Source: Candidatus Atelocyanobacterium thalassa isolate ALOHA (GTDB lineage Bacteria > Cyanobacteriota > Cyanobacteriia > Cyanobacteriales > Microcystaceae). From it: a stretch of DNA of 32,000 nucleotides. The stretch covers positions 1,080,001-1,112,000 of the forward strand of contig NC_013771.1 of the NCBI RefSeq assembly GCF_000025125.1, read 5' to 3'. Position numbers and translations under genes: made by a program. The notes under the pieces are model-generated. The model saw only the letters and a program-made list of their open reading frames with translations. It was not told the DNA's origin and did no database searches. Positions 1 through 9,605 of this stretch are shown here, piece by piece (position 1 is the first letter of the stretch; every line of letters begins with the position of its first letter).

Positions 1-1
1 T

Positions 2-421
2 GGACAATGGAAGCCGAATAATCTTGTATCATCTATAGGGTGGGATTACGGCAGTGTTACAAAGAACAATAGTCGAGATTATAGTATTTCAAAGCCTTTA
101 CACAAAAATACCTATATTTCCATTACTTTGGTGTGGGATCGTTTGACAGAATTAAATGATAAAAATGCAAATCAAAAATATGACTTAGGAGAAAGTTTTA
201 ACAATAAAGGATTAAATAATCTTGATATTTTTTTAATGCCTACAAAAGCCAATAATATATCTCAGAGTATTTGTTCTTCTGTAAGCCGAGTTGATAATTT
301 GGAACATATTTTTTGTACTATTCCAAAAACAGACTACTACAAAATACGAGTACAATATACAAAACAAATTAATAGACCATATCAGCCATATGCCCTTGCT
401 TGGTGGGGCGTATCAGATTAA
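2..421 (+). CDS. C-terminal fragment of a larger protein, possibly the beta-sandwich domain that follows S8 subtilase catalytic domains; 5' end lies outside the window
   Basis: The frame is open from position 2, while the ORF track reports only the last 97 aa. The pattern ITLVWDR..NNLDIFL..VDNLEHIF..DYYKIRV..QPYALAWW resembles the TLxWxD / NDLDL / NNVE / Y.I.V / FALV pattern of bacterial subtilase C-terminal domains. Confidence 0.4.
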   Translation, partial: GQWKPNNLVSSIGWDYGSVTKNNSRDYSISKPLHKNTYISITLVWDRLTELNDKNANQKYDLGESFNNKGLNNLDIFLMPTKANNISQSICSSVSRVDNLEHIFCTIPKTDYYKIRVQYTKQINRPYQPYALAWWGVSD

Positions 422-531
422 AAATACGCTATCTATATCAGTTGTGAAAAATCACAAAGATAGTACCGTAGTTGTTAGTAATTAATTATGATAAATTAGT
501 TACTACTGACTGTAGTTAAGAGAAATAAGTT

Positions 532-1179
532 TTGGCAAGAACACGCATTCGTCAACACGTCAACCCATTAAGCATAAAATATACAAAACCTATATCCCTA
601 CCTGATTGGAATAGAATATATATTAATGCAAACAATCCTTTACACTTAGACATAGGGTGTGCGAGAGGAAAGTTTTTGATAAAAATGGCTCTTCTTTATC
701 CGGATATTAATTTTTTAGGTATAGAAATCAGAGAAGCTTTAGTTGTAGAGGCTAATGAAAATTGCAATCACCTTCAATTACCTAATTTATATTTTTTATT
801 TTGTAATATCAATACACATATTGAAGAGTTGCTAAAATCTTTTCATCTAGGAATATTAAATTGTGTTAGTATTCAATTTCCAGATCCTTGGTTTAAACGC
901 AGTCATCAAAAAAGACGAGTAACGCAAGCTGATTTAGTATGTACAATTAGTAGTAATTTAAGTAGTAATGGACATATTTTTTTACAATCAGATATTCAAT
1001 CAATAACTAACGAAATGAAAGAAGAATTTATGAAAAATTCATCTGTATATGAACATGGCGAAAATGCTGATTTAACGAGTAATTACTTTACTGTTTTGAC
1101 AGAGAGAGAAGCTTCAACACTAAATAAAAACAAATTAGTTTATAGAGCTTTATTACAATCAGCACATGATCACAATTAA
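532..1179 (+). CDS. trmB: tRNA (guanine-N7)-methyltransferase
   Basis: Motifs RIRQHVNPLS, LDIGCARGKFL, LGIEIR and QFPDPWFKRSHQKRRV are typical of TrmB. TTG start at 532. Confidence 0.9.
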   Translation: MARTRIRQHVNPLSIKYTKPISLPDWNRIYINANNPLHLDIGCARGKFLIKMALLYPDINFLGIEIREALVVEANENCNHLQLPNLYFLFCNINTHIEELLKSFHLGILNCVSIQFPDPWFKRSHQKRRVTQADLVCTISSNLSSNGHIFLQSDIQSITNEMKEEFMKNSSVYEHGENADLTSNYFTVLTEREASTLNKNKLVYRALLQSAHDHN

Positions 1180-1361
1180 AAAAGAAAAATTTTTCAATAT
1201 TATTTATTATGATAATGAAAGTAATATTTATATTTTAAAATTCTTACATCTTCCTTCTTGATTATTCAGTTGGTTAATTATAGTAAATTTAGTTTATAGT
1301 ATCTAAGAATATTAATACTTAGACTTAGTAGTATCTAATCGTAAAGACTAAAACAGTACAA

Positions 1362-1679
1362 GTGGATAAAGATAAATACATTTCGAAACTTTCAAAAGCT
1401 GAACAATTAGAAATAGAACAGAAGAAGAATGTTATTCTTCTAGTAGAAAACTTAATGGAACGAGAAGAAATAACAATTAAGATGATAATTGATTGTCTCT
1501 ATGATTCTGGTTCTGAAAATTTTGTTGATAAAAAATTTCAACTACGTTCTGTAAATAAAACATTAAAAATTATAGCTAGACTTTCTAAGCCAAGCTTTAG
1601 GAGGATAGCCTTTTATTGGGGTAAAAAAATAGCACCTGAATTAATTACTGATTGGCTATTACAAAAAATAAGATTTTAA
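1362..1679 (+). CDS. hypothetical protein (105 aa)
   Basis: Open frame with a GTG start and no recognisable motif. It is isolated between long AT-rich spacers, and the start is uncertain. Confidence 0.35.
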   Translation: MDKDKYISKLSKAEQLEIEQKKNVILLVENLMEREEITIKMIIDCLYDSGSENFVDKKFQLRSVNKTLKIIARLSKPSFRRIAFYWGKKIAPELITDWLLQKIRF

Positions 1680-1923
1680 TATTAATTTGTATCTATTTCA
1701 TATTGGCCTATTTTGTTTGGACAGTATATGCAACATATATATAAATGTTAGAGTAATAATTCTCAGAAAAGATAAAAATAATTATGATAAGGTAAGGAAC
1801 TATTAAAACACCTCTAACTTATTCAGTCTTTTTATAAATATCTTATAAGATATAAATAGGATACTTGAAATCTGTTAACCACAAGACATCTAGTCACAGT
1901 ATTGTACTAGAACTCTAAAAAAA

Positions 1924-2469
1924 ATGAATTCTACTTTTTCTTTATTTGCATTCACTTTCATACTGACTAGCCAAAATTTAACACTGCTAGGTGAAGATAC
2001 TACAATCTCAAAACAGTCTGAAATAATTATTTCTAGAATTAAAAATCCAATTAGCATAATTGCTTTAACAGAAGATAAGGCAATGGCTAGTCATATTAGT
2101 ATTAATTTAAAAGAACGCCGCGTTTATGTTTATCAAAATAGTGAAGTTATAAAAAGTTATAAAGTAGCTATTGGTAAAAAAGGATGGGAAACTCCAAAAG
2201 GAAATTTTGCTGTAATGGAGATGGTAGAGAATCCTCAATGGAAAAATCCTTGGAATGGTAGGATTAGTGCTGCTGGACCTAATAGTCCTTTAGGAGAGCG
2301 GTGGATAGCTTTTAGCCAGCAAGACGGTAAATACGTTGGGTTTCATGGAACTGCAGGAGAACATTCTATGGGTAAAGCTGTTTCTCACGGATGTGTAAGA
2401 ATGAGAAATCAGGATGTCAAAGAATTATATGAACTTGTAAGCCTAGGAATACCTGTCGTTGTTCAATAA
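1924..2469 (+). CDS. L,D-transpeptidase (YkuD/ErfK family), secreted
   Basis: Hydrophobic N-terminal signal-like segment. The catalytic motif HGT...SHGCVRM is characteristic of the YkuD domain. Confidence 0.85.
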   Translation: MNSTFSLFAFTFILTSQNLTLLGEDTTISKQSEIIISRIKNPISIIALTEDKAMASHISINLKERRVYVYQNSEVIKSYKVAIGKKGWETPKGNFAVMEMVENPQWKNPWNGRISAAGPNSPLGERWIAFSQQDGKYVGFHGTAGEHSMGKAVSHGCVRMRNQDVKELYELVSLGIPVVVQ

Positions 2470-2816
2470 TTTTAACTTAGTATCCCAAAACCTTTTTTAG
2501 AAACAGCCCTAGTTTTTTAGGTAATTTTAGTAGAACTTCAGGCTTCAAAATTGATACCTTAAATCGCGTTATAAAATCTAACTTTTTGAAATCTGTTAAT
2601 GATTTATCGAATAAATTTAATTTTGAAGCTTCTAGGGCATAACATTTTATTTGCAAAATAATTACTTCTTAATGTTATTTTACAAAAACGTTAAACCATA
2701 TACATATCTTATATAAATAACTAGCAAACTAAGATTCTTCGATTTAGTGAATGAATATGAAGAGGTTATTTTAGGCTACTTTATTTACTATTCGTATAAG
2801 CTTTTTGTACAAATAG

Positions 2817-2850
2817 TATTGGGGAAAGAAAATATCTTCTTTCCCCAATA
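2817..2850 (-). terminator. Perfect 14-bp stem hairpin 25 nt downstream of the epimerase stop
   Basis: tattggggaaagaa / aatatc / ttctttccccaata. The arms were verified as exact reverse complements. Confidence 0.55.
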
Positions 2851-2874
2851 TAATAGAAAATTTTATATTAACGC

Positions 2875-3807
2875 TTAGACATTAGAATAAACACTATTAC
2901 GTAGAATTGTATAACCTTTAATCAATTCTTGGATTCCTCTTCCTAAAGACCAGTCAGGGCTAAAACCTGTATCTAATATACGTTGATTAGATACAATATA
3001 GTCTCTCTTGTCTGGGTCTTCGCCAATTGGAGCTTCCAAGTAAGTAAAGTTTGGTAAATATTTCTTAATTTCAAAACATAATTCTAATTTTGATAAATTG
3101 GCATCTTCTAAACCTACGTTATAAGGCTTACCTTTCATTCGTTCAAAATTTTCAATCCCATGAATAAAAACTTTAGCTACATCTCTAATATGAATATAGT
3201 TACGTTTAAAGTGTCCTTCAAAAATAACAACTGCACGATCATAAAAAGCACGATAAACAAAATCGTTAACTAATAAATCTACGCGCATTCTTGGAGACAT
3301 ACCAAAAACAGTTGCCAAACGAAATGTAATGCTATTTTCTCTTTCTAAAACTGCTCTTTCTGCATCAACTTTAGTAGTTCCATAAAGAGAAATAGGTCGT
3401 AAAGGAGACTCTTCAGTACAAAATTTACCTGCTTCACCAATGCCATAGCCGCTGTTAGTTACAGGCATTAAAATTCTTTGTTGTTTACTAGCTAAATCAC
3501 AAATTAATTGGACTGCTTCATAGTTAATAGTACGTGTACCAATATTATCTCTACTACAAAGTGGTGCTCCAACAAGAGCAGCTAGAGGAATTATTACGTC
3601 AGAGTCTTTAAGTAATTTTTTAATTAAGGATTCATCGCGACAATCACCACGGACAACATGAAATTTATCATATTGACAACAATCAGCTAGGCTATTTTGC
3701 CCAAACATAAAGCTGTCCAAAACTGTAACTTCATACCCTTTAGCTAATAATATCGGAGTTAGAACTGAGCCAATATATCCAGCTCCACCAGTAATTAAAA
3801 TCTTCAT
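2875..3807 (-). CDS. NAD-dependent epimerase/dehydratase (extended SDR)
   Basis: N-terminal Rossmann motif ILITGGAGYIGS. Length of 310 aa, and last gene of a minus-strand operon with the ABC exporter genes. Confidence 0.85.
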   Translation of the reverse strand: MKILITGGAGYIGSVLTPILLAKGYEVTVLDSFMFGQNSLADCCQYDKFHVVRGDCRDESLIKKLLKDSDVIIPLAALVGAPLCSRDNIGTRTINYEAVQLICDLASKQQRILMPVTNSGYGIGEAGKFCTEESPLRPISLYGTTKVDAERAVLERENSITFRLATVFGMSPRMRVDLLVNDFVYRAFYDRAVVIFEGHFKRNYIHIRDVAKVFIHGIENFERMKGKPYNVGLEDANLSKLELCFEIKKYLPNFTYLEAPIGEDPDKRDYIVSNQRILDTGFSPDWSLGRGIQELIKGYTILRNSVYSNV

Positions 3808-3835
3808 AAATAACTTATAATCCTATATCTTATTT

Positions 3836-4570
3836 TTAAACAGAAGCTAAATATTGATGAATAGTTTCATCTGCTTTTCCTACATATTCAATTTTTCCTC
3901 GATTGATCCATATGGCTCTATCACAAGATTGTTGAATAAAATCTAAACTATGAGAAACAACTAAGATAGTTGTATTATGTCCCCATAATTTATCCATTCT
4001 TTTTTTACATTTGTGCTTAAAATTTTCATCACCTACAGACAAAACTTCATCTAAAATTAAAATATCTGGTTCAACATCTGTGGCGATCGCAAAACCAAGG
4101 CGAGCTGCCATTCCAGAGGAAAGAGATTTAACAGGTGCCAATCTATAATCATTTAAGTCAGCAAAGTCTAAAATCGCATTAACACGATTTTTCATATTCT
4201 GACGAGAGAAACCTAGCATCACACCATACAGAACAATATTATCAGCCACAGAAAGCTCTCCATCGAGCCCTGCTCCCAGCTCAATCAAAGGAGCAATTTT
4301 ACCTTTTACACGAACTTGTCCTGATGTGGGATCTAAAATACCAGTAATAACTTTAAGTAAAGTAGATTTACCAGAACCGTTTGCTCCTATAATACCAATC
4401 TTTTCTCCAACACTAACTGTCAAGTTAATATTATTAAGAATTAACTTTCTTGACGGTTGACGATATTTTCCTTCTAGAAAAGAGAAAATAGTTCTTTTCA
4501 AATCATAAGAAAACTCCTCTTGAGTTCTGCGCCATAGAGAGACTTGATCGAGTCTAATTGCTTCTATCAT
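3836..4570 (-). CDS. ABC transporter ATP-binding protein, polysaccharide/O-antigen export type (Wzt/TagH/KpsT-like)
   Basis: Walker A GANGSGKST, signature LSSGM and Walker B ILILDE. It follows the ABC-2 permease gene after an 8-nt gap. Confidence 0.85.
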   Translation of the reverse strand: MIEAIRLDQVSLWRRTQEEFSYDLKRTIFSFLEGKYRQPSRKLILNNINLTVSVGEKIGIIGANGSGKSTLLKVITGILDPTSGQVRVKGKIAPLIELGAGLDGELSVADNIVLYGVMLGFSRQNMKNRVNAILDFADLNDYRLAPVKSLSSGMAARLGFAIATDVEPDILILDEVLSVGDENFKHKCKKRMDKLWGHNTTILVVSHSLDFIQQSCDRAIWINRGKIEYVGKADETIHQYLASV

Positions 4571-4578
4571 TTAATTTT

Positions 4579-5433
4579 CTAAAGCAAATCCATAAAGTTT
4601 TTTTGCCAGGAACGAAAATAAATCCAGCCTAGCATCAATAAAATAATACCGTTCAAAAATGAATGTAAGACCAGTATCATATCAGGCAAAGATCCTGATA
4701 GAGATATTTGACGAATACTTTCAATAATTGGAATTAATGGATTAAAAAATAAAAAAGGTTTTACAGCAGACGGAACAATCTCTGCTGGATAAAAAACTGG
4801 AGAACTAATCCAAAGTACAAAACAAACCAATTCATAAAAGTAGGGTAAATCTCGGAAAAATACGTATAGTGCACTAACTAGAAATCCTATACCAGTACAC
4901 ACGAGACCCAGGGCTATAAGTGGAAGCAGAAGAGCTAATACATTTATAGGGTTTCTAGACATTATCAAAGTAACAATAGCTAATAATGGCAATGAACCTA
5001 CGATAAATTGAAATATATTAGCTACAATCATTGAAACTGGAAAAACTGTTACTGGAAGACGAACTTTGTTTAAAAGAGCTCCATTGCCTACTACACTAGT
5101 TAATGCTTGGCTAGTAGATGACGAGAAAAAATTAATAACAATTAAACCCGTAAAAGCAGCCAAAACATATCTAAGGGTGGAATCTTGATAGTATTCACTA
5201 AAAGCTGTTCCAAAGATCGCTGCATATAATCCTGTCATAATTAAAGGGTTCAGCAATGACCAGTAAACTCCTAAAAATGAGCCCCGATAACGCCCTTTTA
5301 AATTTCGTTCTACCAATATTTGTACTAGCTCTAGGTATCGTTTTGTTGACGATACATCTTTACCAAGCTTATTAATAATCTTACTAGAGATACTATCTCT
5401 GATATGGATTAGACCGGCTTTTAGCGATGTCAT
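4579..5433 (-). CDS. ABC-2 type transporter permease (Wzm/TagG-like)
   Basis: Polytopic hydrophobic protein of 284 aa, directly upstream of the ATPase in the same orientation. Confidence 0.8.
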   Translation of the reverse strand: MTSLKAGLIHIRDSISSKIINKLGKDVSSTKRYLELVQILVERNLKGRYRGSFLGVYWSLLNPLIMTGLYAAIFGTAFSEYYQDSTLRYVLAAFTGLIVINFFSSSTSQALTSVVGNGALLNKVRLPVTVFPVSMIVANIFQFIVGSLPLLAIVTLIMSRNPINVLALLLPLIALGLVCTGIGFLVSALYVFFRDLPYFYELVCFVLWISSPVFYPAEIVPSAVKPFLFFNPLIPIIESIRQISLSGSLPDMILVLHSFLNGIILLMLGWIYFRSWQKNFMDLL

Positions 5434-5600
5434 AATTAGGTATAAGTACCTACAAATCTAGGAATTAATAGCATAATGTACTAAATGTCAGGTACTCTTC
5501 TTAAATTGTTCCCAACTATGTTAACAAAATTTTATCCACGAAGATGGGTCAAATTCAGCTAAACTTATGAGTGATTAACTAATACAATCAGTATATTTAT

Positions 5601-5795
5601 ATGGAAATTGGTCAAAAAGTCAAAGTAATTCATCTTAGAGACCGTGTCTCTGGAAACGTTGCCGACAAGTTAGGGAAAGAAGGCATCATCAAAAGCTTCA
5701 AAATGACTGACGGAAGTGGAATTGGTGCGATCGTAGAATTTGCCGATAAAACCACTACTTGGTTTTTTGGTGAAGAACTTAAACCCGTTGAATAA
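5601..5795 (+). CDS. Small conserved cyanobacterial SH3-like protein (DUF2862/PetP-like)
   Basis: 64 aa. The pattern IGQKVKV..LRDRVS...LGKEG.I..FKMTDGSG.GAIV.F.D...TWFF..EL matches, from memory, the PetP-type cytochrome b6f accessory subunit family. Confidence 0.5.
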   Translation: MEIGQKVKVIHLRDRVSGNVADKLGKEGIIKSFKMTDGSGIGAIVEFADKTTTWFFGEELKPVE

Positions 5796-5816
5796 TAACT
5801 AAAACAACTTCTATTT

Positions 5817-6902
5817 ATGGCTTTAATTTTAACTTTTTTAGGGAAAAGTGCTAGTGGCAGTTCTACTGTAGCTATAGCTACAGCAAAAAAATTAGCAGCT
5901 TCTGGATCACGTGTCTTATTAGTATCACAAGATTCAACCCCATCTTTTGATACTTTATTAAATATTCCTGCACAATCTTCCCCGACAGAGATAGAGCCTA
6001 ATTTTGAATTGGTAAATCTAAAGTCAAGTCAACTTTTATCAGAAATTTGGACTGAATTTAAAGATTTAGAAGCTAAATACTTAAAGCTACCAACTTTTAA
6101 AAGTATCTATGAACAAGAATTAGGGATTTTACCAGGCATGGATGAGGCACTAGCACTCAATGCTCTAAGGAAATATTACCAAAGTGGTATTTATGACGTT
6201 GTCATTTATGACGGTGGTAATACTTTTCGTACATTACGAATGTTTAGTATTCCGAGTGTCTTGAATTGGTATTTAGAAAGATTTCGTCAAATATTTGCTG
6301 AATCTGATCTAGGAAAAACTTTGGTCCCATTTATCCAACCATTGATTAGTACTATTCTAAATACTTCGTGGACTTTGGATGATATCGACAAGGCCTCTAA
6401 TAACAATATCCTACATGAAGGTAATGCAACCCTAAAGGATAGCAGTCGCATTGCTGCTTATTTAATAACAACTGAAGACAAGGCGGCAGTTGCCGCAGCT
6501 AAATATTTTTGGGGTGGAGCATATCAAGTAGGCTTATCTGTTAAAGGTGTAATTGTTAACCAAAGTTCAGGACTACCTATAGACAAACATTTTGATCAGT
6601 TAAAATTATTTTCCTTACCTAAAAAGGTTGAAGATAACTGGCAGCCTTTAATAGAAGCTTTACCAGACTTTTTAGATAAATCTCACACTCCTTTATCTAT
6701 TGATATTGATGTTGCTACTGGTCAAATTAAAATATTTCTACCTGGTTTTGAAAAAAACCAAGTAAAATTAACCCAATCCGTTTCAGAACTTACTGTTGAA
6801 GCTGGAGACCAAAGACGTAAGATTTACTTACCTGATCCTTTGGTGGGTAAGGCCGTAAAGTCTGCAAAATTTCAAGATAATTATTTGGTTGTTTCTTTAT
6901 GA
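5817..6902 (+). CDS. ArsA/Get3-family ATPase-like protein with a degenerate P-loop and a C-terminal HSP20/alpha-crystallin-like domain
   Basis: The N-terminus LTFLGKSASGSSTVAIATA aligns to the GKGGVGKTT deviant Walker A but lacks the second Gly-Lys-Thr. The C-terminal 70 aa (IDIDVATGQIKIFLPGF...YLVVSL) look like an alpha-crystallin fold. Confidence 0.7.
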   Translation: MALILTFLGKSASGSSTVAIATAKKLAASGSRVLLVSQDSTPSFDTLLNIPAQSSPTEIEPNFELVNLKSSQLLSEIWTEFKDLEAKYLKLPTFKSIYEQELGILPGMDEALALNALRKYYQSGIYDVVIYDGGNTFRTLRMFSIPSVLNWYLERFRQIFAESDLGKTLVPFIQPLISTILNTSWTLDDIDKASNNNILHEGNATLKDSSRIAAYLITTEDKAAVAAAKYFWGGAYQVGLSVKGVIVNQSSGLPIDKHFDQLKLFSLPKKVEDNWQPLIEALPDFLDKSHTPLSIDIDVATGQIKIFLPGFEKNQVKLTQSVSELTVEAGDQRRKIYLPDPLVGKAVKSAKFQDNYLVVSL

Positions 6903-6922
6903 TATTTATTTATTAAAGCCAT

Positions 6923-6959
6923 ATTTTATGAGGATTTGCTATGCCAATCCTCATAAAAT
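6923..6959. terminator. Bidirectional hairpin between convergent genes
   Basis: attttatgaggatt / 9-nt loop / aatcctcataaaat, a perfect 14-bp stem. It lies between the stops at 6902 (+) and 6988 (-). Confidence 0.6.
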
Positions 6960-6987
6960 CTAAATATAAAAAATATTAACTTTTTAA

Positions 6988-7638
6988 TTACTTATGTAAC
7001 GGACAGCCAGTAGTTAAATTATTAAGAAAAGAATCATTATCAAAGTAGTGCTCTACGGAAATAATTTTCAAATCTTCTGTAACTTTAGCAATACTCATGC
7101 CTACAACTTCTATTATTTTCCCTGTTGGTTGATAATCTTTATAAGCTCCATTGAACTCACCCCAATGCCTCCATTTAAAAGCAATACTTGGAGGACCAGA
7201 TAAAACTTCTGTTACTTCCCAAAGAAAACCATTTTTAAAAGCTTTGTGAAATAATTCAACTGATGAATTTAAATCACTAGGATCATATCTCTCACTTTTA
7301 TCAATGAAAAGGTTATAGGTACCTTGCTCTGCAACATCTTGTGCAGTGTATGCAGGACCTCCATTACTACTCATTTGAAATTTATCAATGACAATTGATA
7401 GCCATTGATTAACATCCTCTTTATGAGAAGCCTCCATTTCGAATGTTCTCACTAAATTTTGTGTAATTGCTTCTAATGATTCTGGAGAATGATTATACTG
7501 ACTTTCTTTTTTTAAAAACTGATCCGTATAAGAATAATCAGGCTTTTCACCACTTCTCCAGCTCACTCCTTCACTATCATTTATAACCGTGTTACGGTCT
7601 TGAACCCAGAGGGGCAGTTCAGCTTTATGTACGTTCAT
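6988..7638 (-). CDS. NTF2/SnoaL-like fold protein (homolog of plant pathogen-related protein type)
   Basis: 216 aa. The C-terminal half, with FKWRHWGEF.G and a mixed alpha/beta pattern, resembles SnoaL-like cyclase-fold proteins. Assignment is from memory only. Confidence 0.4.
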   Translation of the reverse strand: MNVHKAELPLWVQDRNTVINDSEGVSWRSGEKPDYSYTDQFLKKESQYNHSPESLEAITQNLVRTFEMEASHKEDVNQWLSIVIDKFQMSSNGGPAYTAQDVAEQGTYNLFIDKSERYDPSDLNSSVELFHKAFKNGFLWEVTEVLSGPPSIAFKWRHWGEFNGAYKDYQPTGKIIEVVGMSIAKVTEDLKIISVEHYFDNDSFLNNLTTGCPLHK

Positions 7639-7750
7639 AATAAGACTACCTATTCCTTAGAAAATTAAAGCATCTAAATTTATTATAAATATTTACATTC
7701 ATAATATCCAAAACAAAAAAAGAAAATACCCCTAAAAATCTTTTTTATAA

Positions 7751-9391
7751 TTAACTAGGTTGAAAGCCTGAACCAACAGGAGCAACACTATCTAATTTTA
7801 GTTCTGGATGGTCTGTTATTACTTGCTGTAAGGCCCATTTGTTCTTAAATAATAAAACTGGTCTATCCCAACTATCTTTAACTGTAATAGCATTAAAGAC
7901 TCTATCTATTTTCTCTAAGGCTTTCCATCCATCCTTAACCCAGCGAGCCACCTCAAAAGGTATAGATTCTAGAGTTGTATCTACCCCATATTCACTTAAG
8001 ATTCTAAACTGTACTACTTCAAATTGTAGTCTTCCTACTGCTGCCAATATAGGGTCACGTTTAAAACCATCAGTAGAATGCATAATTTGAATTGCGCCTT
8101 CTTCTTTTAATTCATGAATTCCTTTTTGAAATTGCTTAAATTTAGAAGGGTTTAAATTTTTTAAATAAGAAAAAAATTCTGGAGAAAAGCAGGGAATCCC
8201 TTCATATTCTAATTTCTGTCCACTATAAATCGTATCTCCAATTGCGAACATCCCTGGATTATTTAAACCAATAACATCTCCACCAAAAGCTTCTTCAACA
8301 GAAGATCTATCTTGAGCAAACAATTTTTGAGGACGAGATAGGCGAATAGTTTTACCAGTTCTTGCATGGTTTACAATCATATCTTTTTGAAACTTTCCCG
8401 TACAGACTCTAATGAAAGCTACGCGATCACGATGTTTGGGATCCATATTAGCTTGCAGTTTAAAGATAAAACCACTGAATTCTGGATAAGTTGGATCAAC
8501 TATTCCAATAGATGAGTTGCGTCCATCAGGCTTTAAAGCATACTTTAAAAAAGCTTCTAGAAATGGTTGTACTCCAAAATTTGTCATGGCTGATCCAAAG
8601 AAAACAGGAGTCATGCCTCCTGAGTGAATCTTCTCTAGATCAAAATCATTTCCTAATTCTTCAAGTATCTCTAAACTATCCCTGAACTCTGAGTAAATTT
8701 CTGGTTCTATAGAACTTTTTAATTCTTCACTTTCTATTTCAAGATTTTTTACTTCTGCTTGTTGACTTCCATGAGCAGAACGTTTGAATAAGTTTATTAC
8801 TTTTTGAGAGCGATTATAAACTCCTTTAAAGCTATCACCAGTACCTATTGGCCAATTTACAACGTATGGCTTTAATCCTAATTCTTGTTCAATCTCATCC
8901 AATAGCTCTAAAGGATCACGTCCTGGACGATCCATTTTGTTTATAAAAGTAAAAATAGGAAGTTTTCGAAGACGACACACTTCAAAAAGCTTTTTTGTTT
9001 GAGTTTCTAATCCTTTTGCGGCATCAATAAGCATTACAGCATTATCAGCAGCTGCAAGAGTACGATAAGTATCTTCGCTAAAATCTTGGTGTCCTGGAGT
9101 ATCTAGCAAATTAATCTGAAAGCCTTGGTATTTAAACTGTAAAACAGTAGAAGTAATCGAAATACCACGCTGCTTTTCCATCTCCATCCAATCAGAAGTT
9201 ACTTTACGTTGATCACGTCTTGCTTTTACTGCACCTGCCTGATGTATGGCACCTCCATATAGTAATAACTTTTCAGTAAGTGTGGTTTTGCCTGCATCAG
9301 GATGAGAAATAATAGCAAAATTTCTTCTTACTTGAACAGCCTCTTGAATTTCTTGTTGTTTTTCATTAGTCATAGAAAACTTTTCGTACAT
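7751..9391 (-). CDS. prfC: peptide chain release factor 3
   Basis: GTPase motifs [30 protein letters not shown] and NKMD, plus the 546-aa length. The start could instead be the second Met at 9373. Confidence 0.92.
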   Translation of the reverse strand: MYEKFSMTNEKQQEIQEAVQVRRNFAIISHPDAGKTTLTEKLLLYGGAIHQAGAVKARRDQRKVTSDWMEMEKQRGISITSTVLQFKYQGFQINLLDTPGHQDFSEDTYRTLAAADNAVMLIDAAKGLETQTKKLFEVCRLRKLPIFTFINKMDRPGRDPLELLDEIEQELGLKPYVVNWPIGTGDSFKGVYNRSQKVINLFKRSAHGSQQAEVKNLEIESEELKSSIEPEIYSEFRDSLEILEELGNDFDLEKIHSGGMTPVFFGSAMTNFGVQPFLEAFLKYALKPDGRNSSIGIVDPTYPEFSGFIFKLQANMDPKHRDRVAFIRVCTGKFQKDMIVNHARTGKTIRLSRPQKLFAQDRSSVEEAFGGDVIGLNNPGMFAIGDTIYSGQKLEYEGIPCFSPEFFSYLKNLNPSKFKQFQKGIHELKEEGAIQIMHSTDGFKRDPILAAVGRLQFEVVQFRILSEYGVDTTLESIPFEVARWVKDGWKALEKIDRVFNAITVKDSWDRPVLLFKNKWALQQVITDHPELKLDSVAPVGSGFQPS

Positions 9392-9447
9392 TGATAATTA
9401 CTTCTATAAGTTATATCTAATTCTTCATTTATAAAACAGTTTTTATA

Positions 9448-9605
9448 AATACTGTAGTCTTTCTTATTTTAATACAATCAAAATATTCTTAAAATCTAAA
9501 AAATCTTTATAAAGTTTGTAAAGATTTTGCTAAAAATATAATTATCAAGAGTTTGTACCCCACTTTTAATATCGACTTTTTTGTATACTTTGCGCAGGTT
9601 TTTAT
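9448..9605. repeat. Outer inverted repeat, left copy (158 bp)
   Basis: Hand alignment shows it is the reverse complement of 11851-12008. There are 4 transition mismatches (left positions 9530, 9549, 9570, 9583) and no indels. Confidence 0.92.

Noticed and set aside
291-485. 64-aa ORF overlapping the 3' end of the first CDS in another frame
   Set aside because: It overlaps a longer frame that has a recognisable domain pattern. Its composition is typical of an off-frame reading of AT-rich coding DNA.
7839-8090. 83-aa ORF antisense to prfC
   Set aside because: It lies entirely within a highly conserved gene on the opposite strand and has no motif.
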